A program made the translations under genes and the position numbers. Of a stretch of 64,000 nt of DNA, positions 1 through 9,611 are shown one piece after another (the stretch's first letter is position 1; each line of letters begins with the position of its first letter). This DNA is from Polyangiaceae bacterium. Lineage in GTDB: Bacteria > Myxococcota_A > Polyangia > Polyangiales > Polyangiaceae. Under the pieces are notes generated by a model. It ran no database searches. It saw nothing but the letters and a program-made list of their open reading frames with translations, and was not told the origin of the DNA. The DNA lies in assembly GCA_965222375.1 (NCBI GenBank), contig CBDCTZ010000015.1, forward strand, positions 896,001 through 960,000. The letters are read 5' to 3'.

Positions 1-80
1 AGAGTTCGCGCCCGCCACCCAAGAGTTCGCGGCCGGCACCCAAGAGTTCGCGCCCGGCACCCAGGAGTTCCCGCCCGCCG
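1..80 (+). repeat. 21-bp coding tandem repeat (about 3.5 units, KSSRPAP)
   Basis: Imperfect CAAGAGTTCGCGCCCGGCACC units in tandem. Confidence 0.85.
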
Positions 81-1856
81 AGGCCTGCGCAATCGTCCAG
101 AGCTCCCGCGGCGGCCCCCAGCACGGTGCGTTCTTTCCCCGCGCCGCCGCCACAGGTTCCACGCCCCGCAGGGGCTCCAATGGCCGTAGCAGAACCGCCA
201 GTCACGCGCATCGCGAAGGCGCCACCGTTGCCTCCCTCCAAAGTGGCCACGGCGCCGATGCCCACCACAGCGGATAAGCGAAAAGAGAAGGCCCGAACCC
301 AGCCCATCGTCGCGAAACCAGCTCCAGCACCGCCGCAAGCACCCCCACCCCCACCGGCTCGGGAATCGCCCACGGTGGATCCCTTGGAAGTGCCCTCCCT
401 TGCTGCAGCGCTCGCACCGTTCCAACCCGGGGCCCAAGGCGCAGCCCCTCCTGTCGCCGCACCCGCCTCGCCTGAACGTCACGGCGGCGCTGACACCGGC
501 GCCGACATTCCACCCAGGGCGCCGCAACCGATGCCGTATCACCCCCTGCCGCCCCCAGTGTGGCAGCCAGAAGTGGACGCACCGACCAACAAGCTGCCTG
601 CGCTGGAAGACGCAACCAACACGCTGCCCGCTGTCTCCGCACGTCCGCCGCCGCGCCGTGGCCTGGTTGGACTCGCAATCGTCGCGGCCTCCGCACTCGT
701 GGTCGCAGCGGTGTTGATGGGACTGGCCGCGCTGTGGTGGGTGCGCCGTAGCGACACCAGCGTCGCAGAACGAACACCACAACCACCCGTGGCGAGCGCA
801 CCCGCGGCGGCCGGCACCAAGCAAGCCGAGACGAAGGCGTCGACCCAGTCCGCAGCACCCTCTGCAACGACCTCCTCAGCACCGGCTGCGGCCAAGTCCG
901 CCATGCTGAACTGCACACTTGCGAAGCCGTCAATCAGAATTGCTGAAGACGTCGTGCGTGGCGGCTCATTGGCCAGCGCCAGCTTCGGCGACAAGGTCGC
1001 GGTTGGCTACCCCGCGGCTCGATTCGCCGCGCGAGGAATCGAAATCAACGTCAAGACCCTGTCCACCCGAATCTTGTTCAGCGAAGACTTCACTCGCCCA
1101 GTGTTTCGGGTCACTCCACTACCCGGCCCGCAGCCGAAGGACTTCGCCGTCGACCACGATGATCCGCGGCTGAAGTCCGTACGCACCGTCCCGGCTCGGC
1201 CCGCGTTCCAGATCGGCGTGAACTACTTCGGAGTCGTGCGACTGCGGGAACAGGGTGAACCCGAACTGATCTGGGAGGGCGGGCGCAACCAAGACATCAG
1301 CGAGCCGAGCTTCGCGAAGAGCGCCAAAGGGCATGCCGTCGCTTTTCGCCGCGGTCGCTTTTCCGACCGCCTGCAGGTTGGCTGGCTCACCGACTCGGGC
1401 GGCAAGCAAAGTGATCTCGGGGAGCTGGTCGTCGCAGGTAGCCAACTCGGTCCGCCAGCCTTGGCGGCTTCAGATACCGAGATCCTGGTCGCGGTCAGCG
1501 CCAAGTCTCCGGACGGGACTCAGCGTCTGCACCTAGCTCATGCTTCGGCAGGGTCGATGCCAGGCAGATTGACCGAACTGTCTACAACGGGTGACCAAGC
1601 CACCTGGCCAAGCGTAGTGGCGCTCCCGAACAAGCTCTGGTTGGTGCAGTGGATTGCGTCTGATCAAGTCATCGCGCAGATTGTCGACGGATCTGCGAAG
1701 CCCGTCGGCAAGCCGCTGCGGATTTCCACCGCCGGGCAGGCCGTGGGGGCACAACCGACGGCAGTCGCCCGCGCAGGCTCGTCCCTCGTCTCACTCTATC
1801 CAGTCATCAACGGGCGCCACATCGAGCTGTGGGCAGCGGGCATCGGCTGCTCCTAG
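1..1856 (+). CDS. Pro-rich membrane-anchored protein with C-terminal beta-rich (propeller-like) extracytoplasmic domain; 5'-partial
   Basis: The frame of ORF 126..1856 is open from base 3 (SSRPPPKSSRPAP...), so the gene starts before the window. Pro-rich region, TM helix GLVGLAIVAASALVVAAVLMGLAALWW, then a globular domain. Confidence 0.7.
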   Translation, partial: SSRPPPKSSRPAPKSSRPAPRSSRPPRPAQSSRAPAAAPSTVRSFPAPPPQVPRPAGAPMAVAEPPVTRIAKAPPLPPSKVATAPMPTTADKRKEKARTQPIVAKPAPAPPQAPPPPPARESPTVDPLEVPSLAAALAPFQPGAQGAAPPVAAPASPERHGGADTGADIPPRAPQPMPYHPLPPPVWQPEVDAPTNKLPALEDATNTLPAVSARPPPRRGLVGLAIVAASALVVAAVLMGLAALWWVRRSDTSVAERTPQPPVASAPAAAGTKQAETKASTQSAAPSATTSSAPAAAKSAMLNCTLAKPSIRIAEDVVRGGSLASASFGDKVAVGYPAARFAARGIEINVKTLSTRILFSEDFTRPVFRVTPLPGPQPKDFAVDHDDPRLKSVRTVPARPAFQIGVNYFGVVRLREQGEPELIWEGGRNQDISEPSFAKSAKGHAVAFRRGRFSDRLQVGWLTDSGGKQSDLGELVVAGSQLGPPALAASDTEILVAVSAKSPDGTQRLHLAHASAGSMPGRLTELSTTGDQATWPSVVALPNKLWLVQWIASDQVIAQIVDGSAKPVGKPLRISTAGQAVGAQPTAVARAGSSLVSLYPVINGRHIELWAAGIGCS

Positions 1857-1866
1857 CGGCTCGACC

Positions 1867-2730
1867 TCACACGCAGACGGGGCAGCCGCACGTGAGGTTC
1901 TTGCCGTCCGTGGCGCCGTCGCAAACGAGGCCGGGACCGTTGCATAGCGACTTGGCGCACGCGCACGACAGGGGCTGACCCACGCAGGGGTTCTTGGCGC
2001 AGTTGAAGTGAACGCCGAAGCCTTGATAGATCTTCACGCAGATCTCGCCACCCTGGCAGATCTGCCCACCGCACTGAAACGCGCCTCCGCAGGCTTGTCC
2101 GTTGCTCGCAGAACCGCCATTCCAGGTGCCGCCGTTGCATTGCCGTTGGTGCGTGACCTGTTGACCGTTTTCGCACCGCTTGTAGTCGCACTGCATCCCC
2201 GCGTGGCAGGGTCCGCAGGCGCTGCCGTTCTTGGGTACCTCGAGCGGGCAAACAGGCTGCGGACACGGCGGCGCCGAAACCTGCCACTTGCCACCATAGC
2301 AATTGGCAAGGACGGGACAGCAGTCGCCATAGCTGCACTCGAGTCCTTCGGGGGCACAGCTCGCGCCGTGATTCGGAATCGATGTCGGACAGGTTCCAGT
2401 TCCGCCACCGGTGCCACCGCCACCTACAGCTCCAGTACCTGCGCTGCCCCCACCACCAACGGCTCCAGTACCTGCGCTGCCCCCACCACCAACGGCTCCG
2501 GTGCCCGCGCCACCTCCGCTGCCCGAGTTTGCGCCAGTTCCCGCCATCGCTCCCGTGCCCGCGCTCGCTCCCGTGCCCGCGCTCGCGCCCGCGCTCGCGC
2601 CCGTGCCGGCGGCCGCACCGGATCCCGCCGAGCCGCCCGTCCCAAAGAGGTCGCTATTCGTCGACCCGCCGCAGGCTGCCACCAGCACTACGGCCAGGCC
2701 GGATATCGATGCCACCGCGGTCTTTTTCAT
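1867..2730 (-). CDS. Gly-rich/Cys-rich lipoprotein
   Basis: ATG at 2730, MKKTAVASISGLAVVLVAAC lipobox, Gly/Ala/Thr linker with 33-bp repeats (GGGGSAGTGAV), Cys-rich C-terminus. Confidence 0.85.
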   Translation of the reverse strand: MKKTAVASISGLAVVLVAACGGSTNSDLFGTGGSAGSGAAAGTGASAGASAGTGASAGTGAMAGTGANSGSGGGAGTGAVGGGGSAGTGAVGGGGSAGTGAVGGGGTGGGTGTCPTSIPNHGASCAPEGLECSYGDCCPVLANCYGGKWQVSAPPCPQPVCPLEVPKNGSACGPCHAGMQCDYKRCENGQQVTHQRQCNGGTWNGGSASNGQACGGAFQCGGQICQGGEICVKIYQGFGVHFNCAKNPCVGQPLSCACAKSLCNGPGLVCDGATDGKNLTCGCPVCV

Positions 2731-2975
2731 CGAGCCGATCAGATGCAGCGCGCGTGCCAGACGACAATCAGCGATCTCGCAGCGATCTGGGTCCGGCGTG
2801 CCACCCGAGGGCTGGCACGGCCGCGACAATGCGGTCACGACAATCCTCGGCGATTGTGCGGGATTAGGGAGCCATGCTGACCCAGCTCCGCGACCCAAAC
2901 CAACCAACAAAGGGAACCCTGTCTTGAACCGAGTGCACGCGACGGACAACTCGGGATAGACTCCACTCTAGGCCA

Positions 2976-3977
2976 ATGAAGCGATCCATTCCGAGCTTGA
3001 TGACCGCCTCCGCACTGTTGCTGTACGGCCAAGTTGCCCTTGGTCAAGATGCCGCCGCCGCCGAGGCTTTGTTCGACGACGGGCTGGCAGCGATGAAGGC
3101 CGGAGACTTCGACAAGGCGTGCCCAAAGATCAGCGAGAGCTTCCGCTTGGAGGCACGTCCGGGAACCTTGTTCACCGTGGCCGAGTGCTGGCGCAAAGCC
3201 GGCAAGACCGCGACAGCGCTCGCGCGATACAACGAATACCTGCGCGTCTTCGAGCGCATGACCAAGAAGGAAAAGAAGGGTCAACGCGGTCGTGACAAGT
3301 TCGCCAAGAAGCACGCCGCCGCTTTGAAGAAATCCGTGCCGCGCCTTGTGGTGCGGTTGGCCAAAGACGCCCCAGCCGGCACTACCGTGAAGCGTGACGG
3401 CACTGAGTTGGGCACGCCGTCCCTCGGCACGCCCCTGCCCGTTGATCCGGGTGAGCATGTGCTCACCGCCCGTGCAGACAATGGCGCAACGGCAGAGCGC
3501 ACCGTCGCTATCAAAGAAGGCGAAACCCGAGAGGTGACGTTGCGACTGACCGCACCCGCGCATTCAGAAGATGTCACCCCGGCCCCGGTTGGCGCGCCCG
3601 TCGACCCGGGCACGGCTGAGCCCCAACAGGACAAAGCCGGAGACGGCAGCGGCCAGCGAACCACGGGCTTGGTGCTGATGGGCGTCGGCGCAGCAGGCGT
3701 CGTCGTCGGCACGGTAACCGGACTGATGGTGCTCGGTAAGAAGGGCACCATCGAGGACAACTGCGGGATCGGCGGCGACGAGACAGCTTGCAGCGCCGAC
3801 GGCGTCTCCGAGGCTGACAGCGCCAAGACCCTGGCCCTGGTCAGCACGATTGGGTTCGGAATTGGCATCGCGGGCCTGGGCGCTGGGGCGACCCTCTTCT
3901 TCACGGCTCCCAAGCCCTCGACCGCCCGGCGCCGCTCCCCCGGGGGCGCCAGCGTGACCCTCGCCGGCACATTTTGA
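2976..3977 (+). CDS. TPR + PEGA-domain membrane protein
   Basis: Signal peptide, AEALFDDG...ACPKISES TPR-like helices, LPVDPGEH PEGA-like segment, C-terminal hydrophobic helices; common myxobacterial architecture. Confidence 0.85.
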   Translation: MKRSIPSLMTASALLLYGQVALGQDAAAAEALFDDGLAAMKAGDFDKACPKISESFRLEARPGTLFTVAECWRKAGKTATALARYNEYLRVFERMTKKEKKGQRGRDKFAKKHAAALKKSVPRLVVRLAKDAPAGTTVKRDGTELGTPSLGTPLPVDPGEHVLTARADNGATAERTVAIKEGETREVTLRLTAPAHSEDVTPAPVGAPVDPGTAEPQQDKAGDGSGQRTTGLVLMGVGAAGVVVGTVTGLMVLGKKGTIEDNCGIGGDETACSADGVSEADSAKTLALVSTIGFGIGIAGLGAGATLFFTAPKPSTARRRSPGGASVTLAGTF

Positions 3978-4145
3978 CCGTTCTTCGCGGCCGCGGCCCC
4001 TCTGGGCTAAGATCCGAGACATGCACGGCCGCAATTTGTCCAAGTTGTGGCAAGACTCGGGGCCCATGCCCAGGTCTGGCCCAGCCGTGCTTTGTGGTTT
4101 CGCGCCCAGCCTACGCAGCAACCTAGTGGCGGGGAGGAGGATCCT

Positions 4146-5843
4146 TTGCGGGTAGGCCTGGATCTGCCGCCCAGCAGCGTCTTCGGGAAGCGCTACCGCA
4201 TCAGCCGTCGCGTCGGCGCGGGCGGCTTTGGCAGCGTCTACGAGGCGACGCACCTCGTGACCGGGCGCCCGTGTGCCCTCAAGGTGCTACTGCCTCATCT
4301 CGCCAAGGACCAGAAGTTCCGGGATGGCTTTCTGCGAGAGTCCAGAGTCACCGCTCAGATCCAGAGTTCCAATATCGTCGACGTGCTCGACGCCGGGATC
4401 GACGAAGAGACTGACACGCCCTTCATCGTGATGGAGCTGCTCGAAGGCGAGGATCTTTCCAAGCGCCTCAAGCGCAAGACCCGCTTCACTGCGGAGGAGA
4501 CGGCGGTCTACCTCGCCCAAGTCGGGCTAGCTCTCGACCAGACCCACCGGCACTCCATCATCCACCGCGATCTGAAGCCCCCGAACTTGTTTCTGACCCG
4601 TGGCGACGATGGGGGGCCACTGATCAAGATTCTCGACTTTGGCATCGCGAAAGCCCTGGCCGCTCAATCCATCAAGGCGACTCAGGGTGCCGGCACTCCG
4701 CTGTACATGGCCCCGGAGCAGTTCCGCGGCGAGTCCGTAACTCCGATGGTGGATGTGTATGCCGTCGGCATGCTGGCCTTCATCTTTTTGGCCGGGCAGC
4801 ACTACTACAAGCTCGAGCGAAGGCAGGGGGCCAACGCTCTGAAGATGGCCATGGCCATCGTGGGCGGGCCATCGCAACCAGCGAGCGTTCGCGCCAAGGC
4901 GTACGAGGCGGACATTCCAACCAGCTTCGATCCGTGGTTCGCGAAGATCTCTCACCCGGATCCGAAGCAGCGATTTTCGGGCGCCAAAGAAGCGGCGATC
5001 GAGTTGTGTCGCTGCCTTGGGGTAGCCGTGCCGGAGCAACTGCTCGCTGAGCGCACGGCGCCCAAAATCGGCGCACTGACAGCGATGGTGGACGCAGCGA
5101 ACAACCCTCTGCACGCGCTCAGGAACTCGATGCCCCAACAACCCCCGGTGTCCGCAGCGGAGACCCGCAAGGCTCCGTACAGCAATCCGACCGTTGGCGC
5201 TGCGGGAGTGCCTCTGGCTTCGACCAAGCCGTCCGCGAGCGCCGGCGCATCGGCTCCCGCTTCGGATCAACTGCAGACTCAGGCGCGGGGACAGGCCGCA
5301 ACGGCCGACGCACGCGCCCAATTGGCAAGCGTCGACGCGATCACGGGAATGCCCACCGCAGTCGCCACCGGCGCATCCGCTGCGCGGCCCCAACCCAAGA
5401 GGAAGAGTGCCGCGCTGCTGATGGCGCTGGCTACGGCCGGCGGACTACTCGTGCTCCTGCTGATCGCAGGCGGCGTGTTGTGGAGCCGCAGCTCGGCGCA
5501 ATCCGCGGAAGCGTTGACGGGTCTGCCTGCCACCGAGGAGCCGAACGCATCCGCGGCAAGCGCCCCGCAGTCGGGCGCCCCTGCACCCGAGGCGACGGGT
5601 GCCGCTGCCGAAACCGATCCCAAACCTGAGGCCACCCAGGAGCCCACCTCCGAAAAGCCGCCGACCAGCGAACCCCAGAAGTCGAGCACGCCTGAAGCCT
5701 CACCCATCGAAAACCGACCCGCTTCTAGGCCGAAGCCAAAATCGGATCCGAAACCCAGCGCCAAACCCCAGTCGAAGCCAAAGCCGAAACCGACACCCAA
5801 GCCGAAACCCGAAACTCCCGACGATCTGTACTCCCGGGAGTAG
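4146..5843 (+). CDS. Membrane Ser/Thr protein kinase (Hanks type)
   Basis: GAGGFGSV, ALK, HRDLKPPN, DFG, GTPLYMAPE; TM helix; Pro/Lys-rich tail. GGAGGAGG SD before TTG at 4146. Confidence 0.95.
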   Translation: MRVGLDLPPSSVFGKRYRISRRVGAGGFGSVYEATHLVTGRPCALKVLLPHLAKDQKFRDGFLRESRVTAQIQSSNIVDVLDAGIDEETDTPFIVMELLEGEDLSKRLKRKTRFTAEETAVYLAQVGLALDQTHRHSIIHRDLKPPNLFLTRGDDGGPLIKILDFGIAKALAAQSIKATQGAGTPLYMAPEQFRGESVTPMVDVYAVGMLAFIFLAGQHYYKLERRQGANALKMAMAIVGGPSQPASVRAKAYEADIPTSFDPWFAKISHPDPKQRFSGAKEAAIELCRCLGVAVPEQLLAERTAPKIGALTAMVDAANNPLHALRNSMPQQPPVSAAETRKAPYSNPTVGAAGVPLASTKPSASAGASAPASDQLQTQARGQAATADARAQLASVDAITGMPTAVATGASAARPQPKRKSAALLMALATAGGLLVLLLIAGGVLWSRSSAQSAEALTGLPATEEPNASAASAPQSGAPAPEATGAAAETDPKPEATQEPTSEKPPTSEPQKSSTPEASPIENRPASRPKPKSDPKPSAKPQSKPKPKPTPKPKPETPDDLYSRE

Positions 5844-5975
5844 AGGCCCGACCTGGTTCTTGGCGGCACGGAGCGGACCGAGGTCCTGCCGGTCGCAACC
5901 AGAAACGCCCAAGGCCGCCACTTTCGTGCGAAGGAAGCGGCCCTGAGGTAACCTTGGGTTTGGCAGGGAGGCCCC

Positions 5976-6989
5976 ATGACTTCAAAACACTTCGCACTAT
6001 TCGCAACAATTCTCGCACTCGGATGCAGCAGTGACTCGGACAGCGGCGGCTCCGGCGGAAGCTCCGGAGGCGGCTCCGGTGGCTCCGACGCCTCAGCTGG
6101 TGGCAGCTCCGGCAGTTCAGGAAGCGGCGGCACCAGTGGCAGCGCCGGAAGCGGTGGAGGCAGCGCCGGAACCGCGGGAACCGCGGGAACCGCGGGAACC
6201 GCGGGAAGCGCAGGAGCGGCAGGCAGCGCGGGCGGCGGCGCGTGCAACCCCGCTTGCGAGTCCGATCGCAATTGCTGCAACGGCAAGTGCGCCAACCTCC
6301 AGAACGATCCACGCAACTGCGGCAAGTGCGGAAACGCGTGCAAAGACACCGAGTGGTGCAACGGAGCTGGCAAGTGTGAAACCCGACCGTGCACGACCAC
6401 ATGCGCCGACAAGAACCGATGCTGCGGCGGCGTATGCTGCGGCGCGGGCGAAATCTGCTGTGACTTGCAGGGTCCCGTTTCGAAGGGACCGGAGTGCACC
6501 AAGCCGAGCGACCAAGGCACCTGCCCCCAGGGTTGTGCGCCCAAGTGCAAATGCGCATCTCCGGACTCGCTGATCGCGACTCCCCAAGGCGACCGACCCA
6601 TCGCGGACCTGAAGGTTGGCGATCTGGTGTACAGCATGCACCAGGGCGAGCTAGCCATCGTGCCTATCCTGAAGACGCAGCGCATTCCCGCGGCCAACCA
6701 CCACGTGGTGCGTCTCACCTTCGTCGGCGGCGCACGCATCGAGATGAGCGCGCCGCACCCCACCGCCGACGGGCGTACTTTCGGTGAGCTCAAAGCAGGT
6801 CAGAGTGTCGACGGCGTCACCCTCGCCGACGTGCGCGTCATCCCCTACGAGCACGACGCGACCTACGACATCCTGCCCCAGTCCGACACTGGCGCGTACT
6901 TCGCCAGTGGCGTGCTCGTGGGCACGACGATGAAGCTCGAGCCGGTTCTCACCACGTCGAGCAGCGCTCCAGTCAGCGCGCTTCGATAA
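5976..6989 (+). CDS. Lipoprotein: Gly-rich linker, STIG1-like Cys-rich domain, C-terminal Hint domain
   Basis: LALGC lipobox; CANLQNDPRNCGKCGNAC; Hint blocks CASPDSLIATPQGDRPIADLKVGDLV, SAPHP, TYDI, YFASGVLV. Confidence 0.85.
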   Translation: MTSKHFALFATILALGCSSDSDSGGSGGSSGGGSGGSDASAGGSSGSSGSGGTSGSAGSGGGSAGTAGTAGTAGTAGSAGAAGSAGGGACNPACESDRNCCNGKCANLQNDPRNCGKCGNACKDTEWCNGAGKCETRPCTTTCADKNRCCGGVCCGAGEICCDLQGPVSKGPECTKPSDQGTCPQGCAPKCKCASPDSLIATPQGDRPIADLKVGDLVYSMHQGELAIVPILKTQRIPAANHHVVRLTFVGGARIEMSAPHPTADGRTFGELKAGQSVDGVTLADVRVIPYEHDATYDILPQSDTGAYFASGVLVGTTMKLEPVLTTSSSAPVSALR

Positions 6990-7000
6990 CGCTCTAGCCA

Positions 7001-7028
7001 GCGGCGGCCCTTCAGCTTGGGCCGCCGC
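7001..7028. terminator. GC-rich hairpin between convergent genes (possible terminator, no U tract)
   Basis: Perfect 10-bp inverted repeat GCGGCGGCCC-8nt-GGGCCGCCGC just after the stop at 6989. Confidence 0.55.
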
Positions 7029-7059
7029 GGCATGAACTACGCACCTTCGATACGCTTGC

Positions 7060-7103
7060 TGTTTGGGGGTCGGTTCCCTATTCGAGCCAGGGCACTACTC
7101 CCG
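7060..7103 (-). repeat. Dispersed intergenic motif, copy 1
   Basis: Reverse complement CGGGAGTAGTGCCCTGGCTCGAATAGGGAACCGACCCCCAAACA aligns with the copies at 12747 and 27237. Confidence 0.75.
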
Positions 7104-7150
7104 CCCTATCCCTTGCGGCCGCGGATCGCGAAGGGTCCTGAACTCGATCT

Positions 7151-8278
7151 CTAGTTGGTGCAGCAGAAGGTCACTGGATTCTCCGGCACGGCAGTTCCGG
7201 TGGGTGTGCCTCCGCTTGGCGCACAGCTCACGTTGGTCGGCGTGCCACCACTATATTTCGCATACGGTGTTTGCGCGTTGTTGATGGAGCACTCACCCAG
7301 ACTAATGGACCGGACGAACGCGTCCAGACAGTCTGACTGATTGTGCAACGTCACTGCGCCCGGGCCGGTGCAATCCCCGGTCGCGGTGCCACAAGAGCAG
7401 GTCGTGCAGGTGCGCGTGTCCGCTGCGCGGTCGTAAAGCACCTGCTTGTTGCCGTAACCGGCAGGGCAGGTCTGGTTGCCATCTTGATACACGCAAGACT
7501 TGGAGGCTCCGGGTAGGCCCGGAGCGCAGATCTCCGTCCCGGCGCAGCTCCCGGTGGCACCTAGGGTGGCACCTCCGCAGGCGCGCGCTTGAATGCCCCA
7601 ACTGACCGGCGGCAGGTTTTCTGACGGCTGCGGCTGGCAGCTCCCGGCCGTGAAGTTGCCCTCGAGATGAACCCATGGGACCGCAGAGGGGATCGAGACC
7701 GGTGTACAGGCGGACCCTTCATTCAGCACCGCAACGATCGTCGGTAGGCTAGAGCAGGACGGGGTCACGGCCAGAGTGGCCTTCGCACAAGCCGCGTTCG
7801 GCGGATTCGCGCACCCGCAACCACACGTCGCAGGCGGGGCTTGCAGGTTGGCGAACAACAGGCCCGCGGTGGTCGGCGTCGGGTAGTCCCCACTACACGG
7901 TCCGGGAGCCGTTGCACCCGAGTCAAGAGCGACGGGGCCAGTCCAACCCGCCGGCACTTCAGGCAAACAAATGCTGCCCTGATTGGTGCAAGCGTTGGAA
8001 ACCGTACCGCCGGTTCCGCCACCACTCGGAGCTCCGCCGGTCGCGCCAGCAACGCCACCACTTCCCCCGCTGTTTCCAGCTACGCCTCCGATACCTCCAG
8101 TACCAGCATCGCCAGCCGCTCCGGCGACGCCACCGACGCTGGCATCAGCCGCGGTGGGATCCACCTCCCGATAGTCTTTGTCGATCCCGGCTAGCGTCGA
8201 GCAGCCCAGCCCGAAAACGAGTACTGACGCCGTTGGAGCTAGGCCACGTCCGAGCTGGGTCGCAAGCAACTTGTTCAC
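7151..8278 (-). CDS. Gly-rich/Cys-rich lipoprotein, paralogue A
   Basis: GLGC lipobox, DKDYREVDP, Gly linker, Cys-rich domain from PAGWTGPVA to PVTFCC. Confidence 0.85.
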   Translation of the reverse strand: MNKLLATQLGRGLAPTASVLVFGLGCSTLAGIDKDYREVDPTAADASVGGVAGAAGDAGTGGIGGVAGNSGGSGGVAGATGGAPSGGGTGGTVSNACTNQGSICLPEVPAGWTGPVALDSGATAPGPCSGDYPTPTTAGLLFANLQAPPATCGCGCANPPNAACAKATLAVTPSCSSLPTIVAVLNEGSACTPVSIPSAVPWVHLEGNFTAGSCQPQPSENLPPVSWGIQARACGGATLGATGSCAGTEICAPGLPGASKSCVYQDGNQTCPAGYGNKQVLYDRAADTRTCTTCSCGTATGDCTGPGAVTLHNQSDCLDAFVRSISLGECSINNAQTPYAKYSGGTPTNVSCAPSGGTPTGTAVPENPVTFCCTN

Positions 8279-8441
8279 TGAAGCACCACCTATAGCGAAG
8301 ACAATACAGCACTTGCTGACGCGGGAAGCCAGCCTTCGGTTCGGCGGGGCGCCGACAAGGCGTCGCGTCGCCGGGTCGTGGCCTGCCTGGTGGGGTGCGT
8401 CGCCAGTCCGGCAGGGCAGCAGCTCGCCGAGTTCGTCCCGG

Positions 8442-9542
8442 CTAGATGCAGCAGAGGGTCACGGGCTGGTCGGGTGTGGCGGCGCCCGTTGGAGTCCCGC
8501 CGCTCGGCGGGCAGCCAACGTTGCTGGGCGTGCCACTGCTGAACTGAGCGTAGGGTGATGTGATGTTGTTGACGGAGCATTCACCCAAGCTCACGGACCT
8601 GGCGTGGGGATCCGAACAATCCGCCTTGCTGTGGAAGGTAATCACACCAGCGCCCGTACACGTGCCGCTTGTGGCACCGCAGGAGCATGTCGTACATGCG
8701 CGGGTGTCCAAGGCTCGCGAGTAGAGTAACTGCTTGTTGGGGTAGCCAGCTGGGCAAGCTAGGTCGCCAGTCTTGAGCGCGCAGGACTGGGTGTCGGCGG
8801 GCAGGGGTGGAGCGCACACCTCGCTCCCGGTGCAAGTGCCGGCTGCACCCAGGGTGGCGCCTCCACAAGCCCGCGCCTGAATGCCCCAGCTCACGGGGGT
8901 CACGGTTTCGGATGGCTGCGGCTGGCAGGAGCTCGTGACGAGGTTGCCCACGGCGTGAATCCATTGGACCGCGGGTACTGAAATCGGGGTGCACACGGAC
9001 CCTTCATTCAAATCCGCAACTTTCGTCGGAGGGTTGCTGCAAAGATTGACGACTGAGACAGTCGCAGTTGGGCAGGAAGCCGTCGCCGGAGTCGCGCACT
9101 TGCAGTCGCACGTCGCCGGTGGCGCCTGAAGGTTGGCATAGAGTATGTCCGCGGTGGCGGATGTCGGATAGTCGCCACCGCACGGCGCGGGAGCCGACGC
9201 GCCCGCTTCCAATGCGATCGGCCCCTCCCAACCAGCCGGTACCACAGGTAAGCAGATGTTGCCCTGACTGGTGCATGCGTTGGAAACCGTGCCGCCACTT
9301 CCGCCACCACTCGGAGCTCCACCCGTCGCGCCCGCAACGCCACCTCCGCCACCGGTGGCGCCAGCGCCACCGGTGGCTCCAAAGCCAGCGCTGCCGCCCA
9401 CGCTGGCGTCCCCGGCGCCAGGATCCACCTCGCGATAGTCCTTGTCGAGCCCAGCCACCATCGAGCAACCCACACCGCAAGCGACCGCCAAGGTTATGAG
9501 GAGAGCTGCGCGACCTGTCGTCAACTCAAGTAAGCGTTTCAA
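8442..9542 (-). CDS. Gly-rich/Cys-rich lipoprotein, paralogue B
   Basis: Collinear with paralogue A. TTG start at 9542 is preceded by the same GGTGGTGCT leader as A. Confidence 0.85.
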   Translation of the reverse strand: MKRLLELTTGRAALLITLAVACGVGCSMVAGLDKDYREVDPGAGDASVGGSAGFGATGGAGATGGGGGVAGATGGAPSGGGSGGTVSNACTSQGNICLPVVPAGWEGPIALEAGASAPAPCGGDYPTSATADILYANLQAPPATCDCKCATPATASCPTATVSVVNLCSNPPTKVADLNEGSVCTPISVPAVQWIHAVGNLVTSSCQPQPSETVTPVSWGIQARACGGATLGAAGTCTGSEVCAPPLPADTQSCALKTGDLACPAGYPNKQLLYSRALDTRACTTCSCGATSGTCTGAGVITFHSKADCSDPHARSVSLGECSVNNITSPYAQFSSGTPSNVGCPPSGGTPTGAATPDQPVTLCCI

Positions 9543-9611
9543 CCGAGCACCACCGTATCGGCGACAGGGTACCACGCCTCCGCCAGCACGGCGGCAATTG
9601 CGACCCGGCGC

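Noticed and set aside
2410..2620. 33-bp and 18-bp tandem repeats as a non-coding array
   Set aside because: They encode the Gly/Ala/Thr linker of a lipoprotein.
6552..6930. Hint domain as a true splicing intein
   Set aside because: No terminal His-Asn, no endonuclease, no real C-extein, and the host is not a conserved enzyme.
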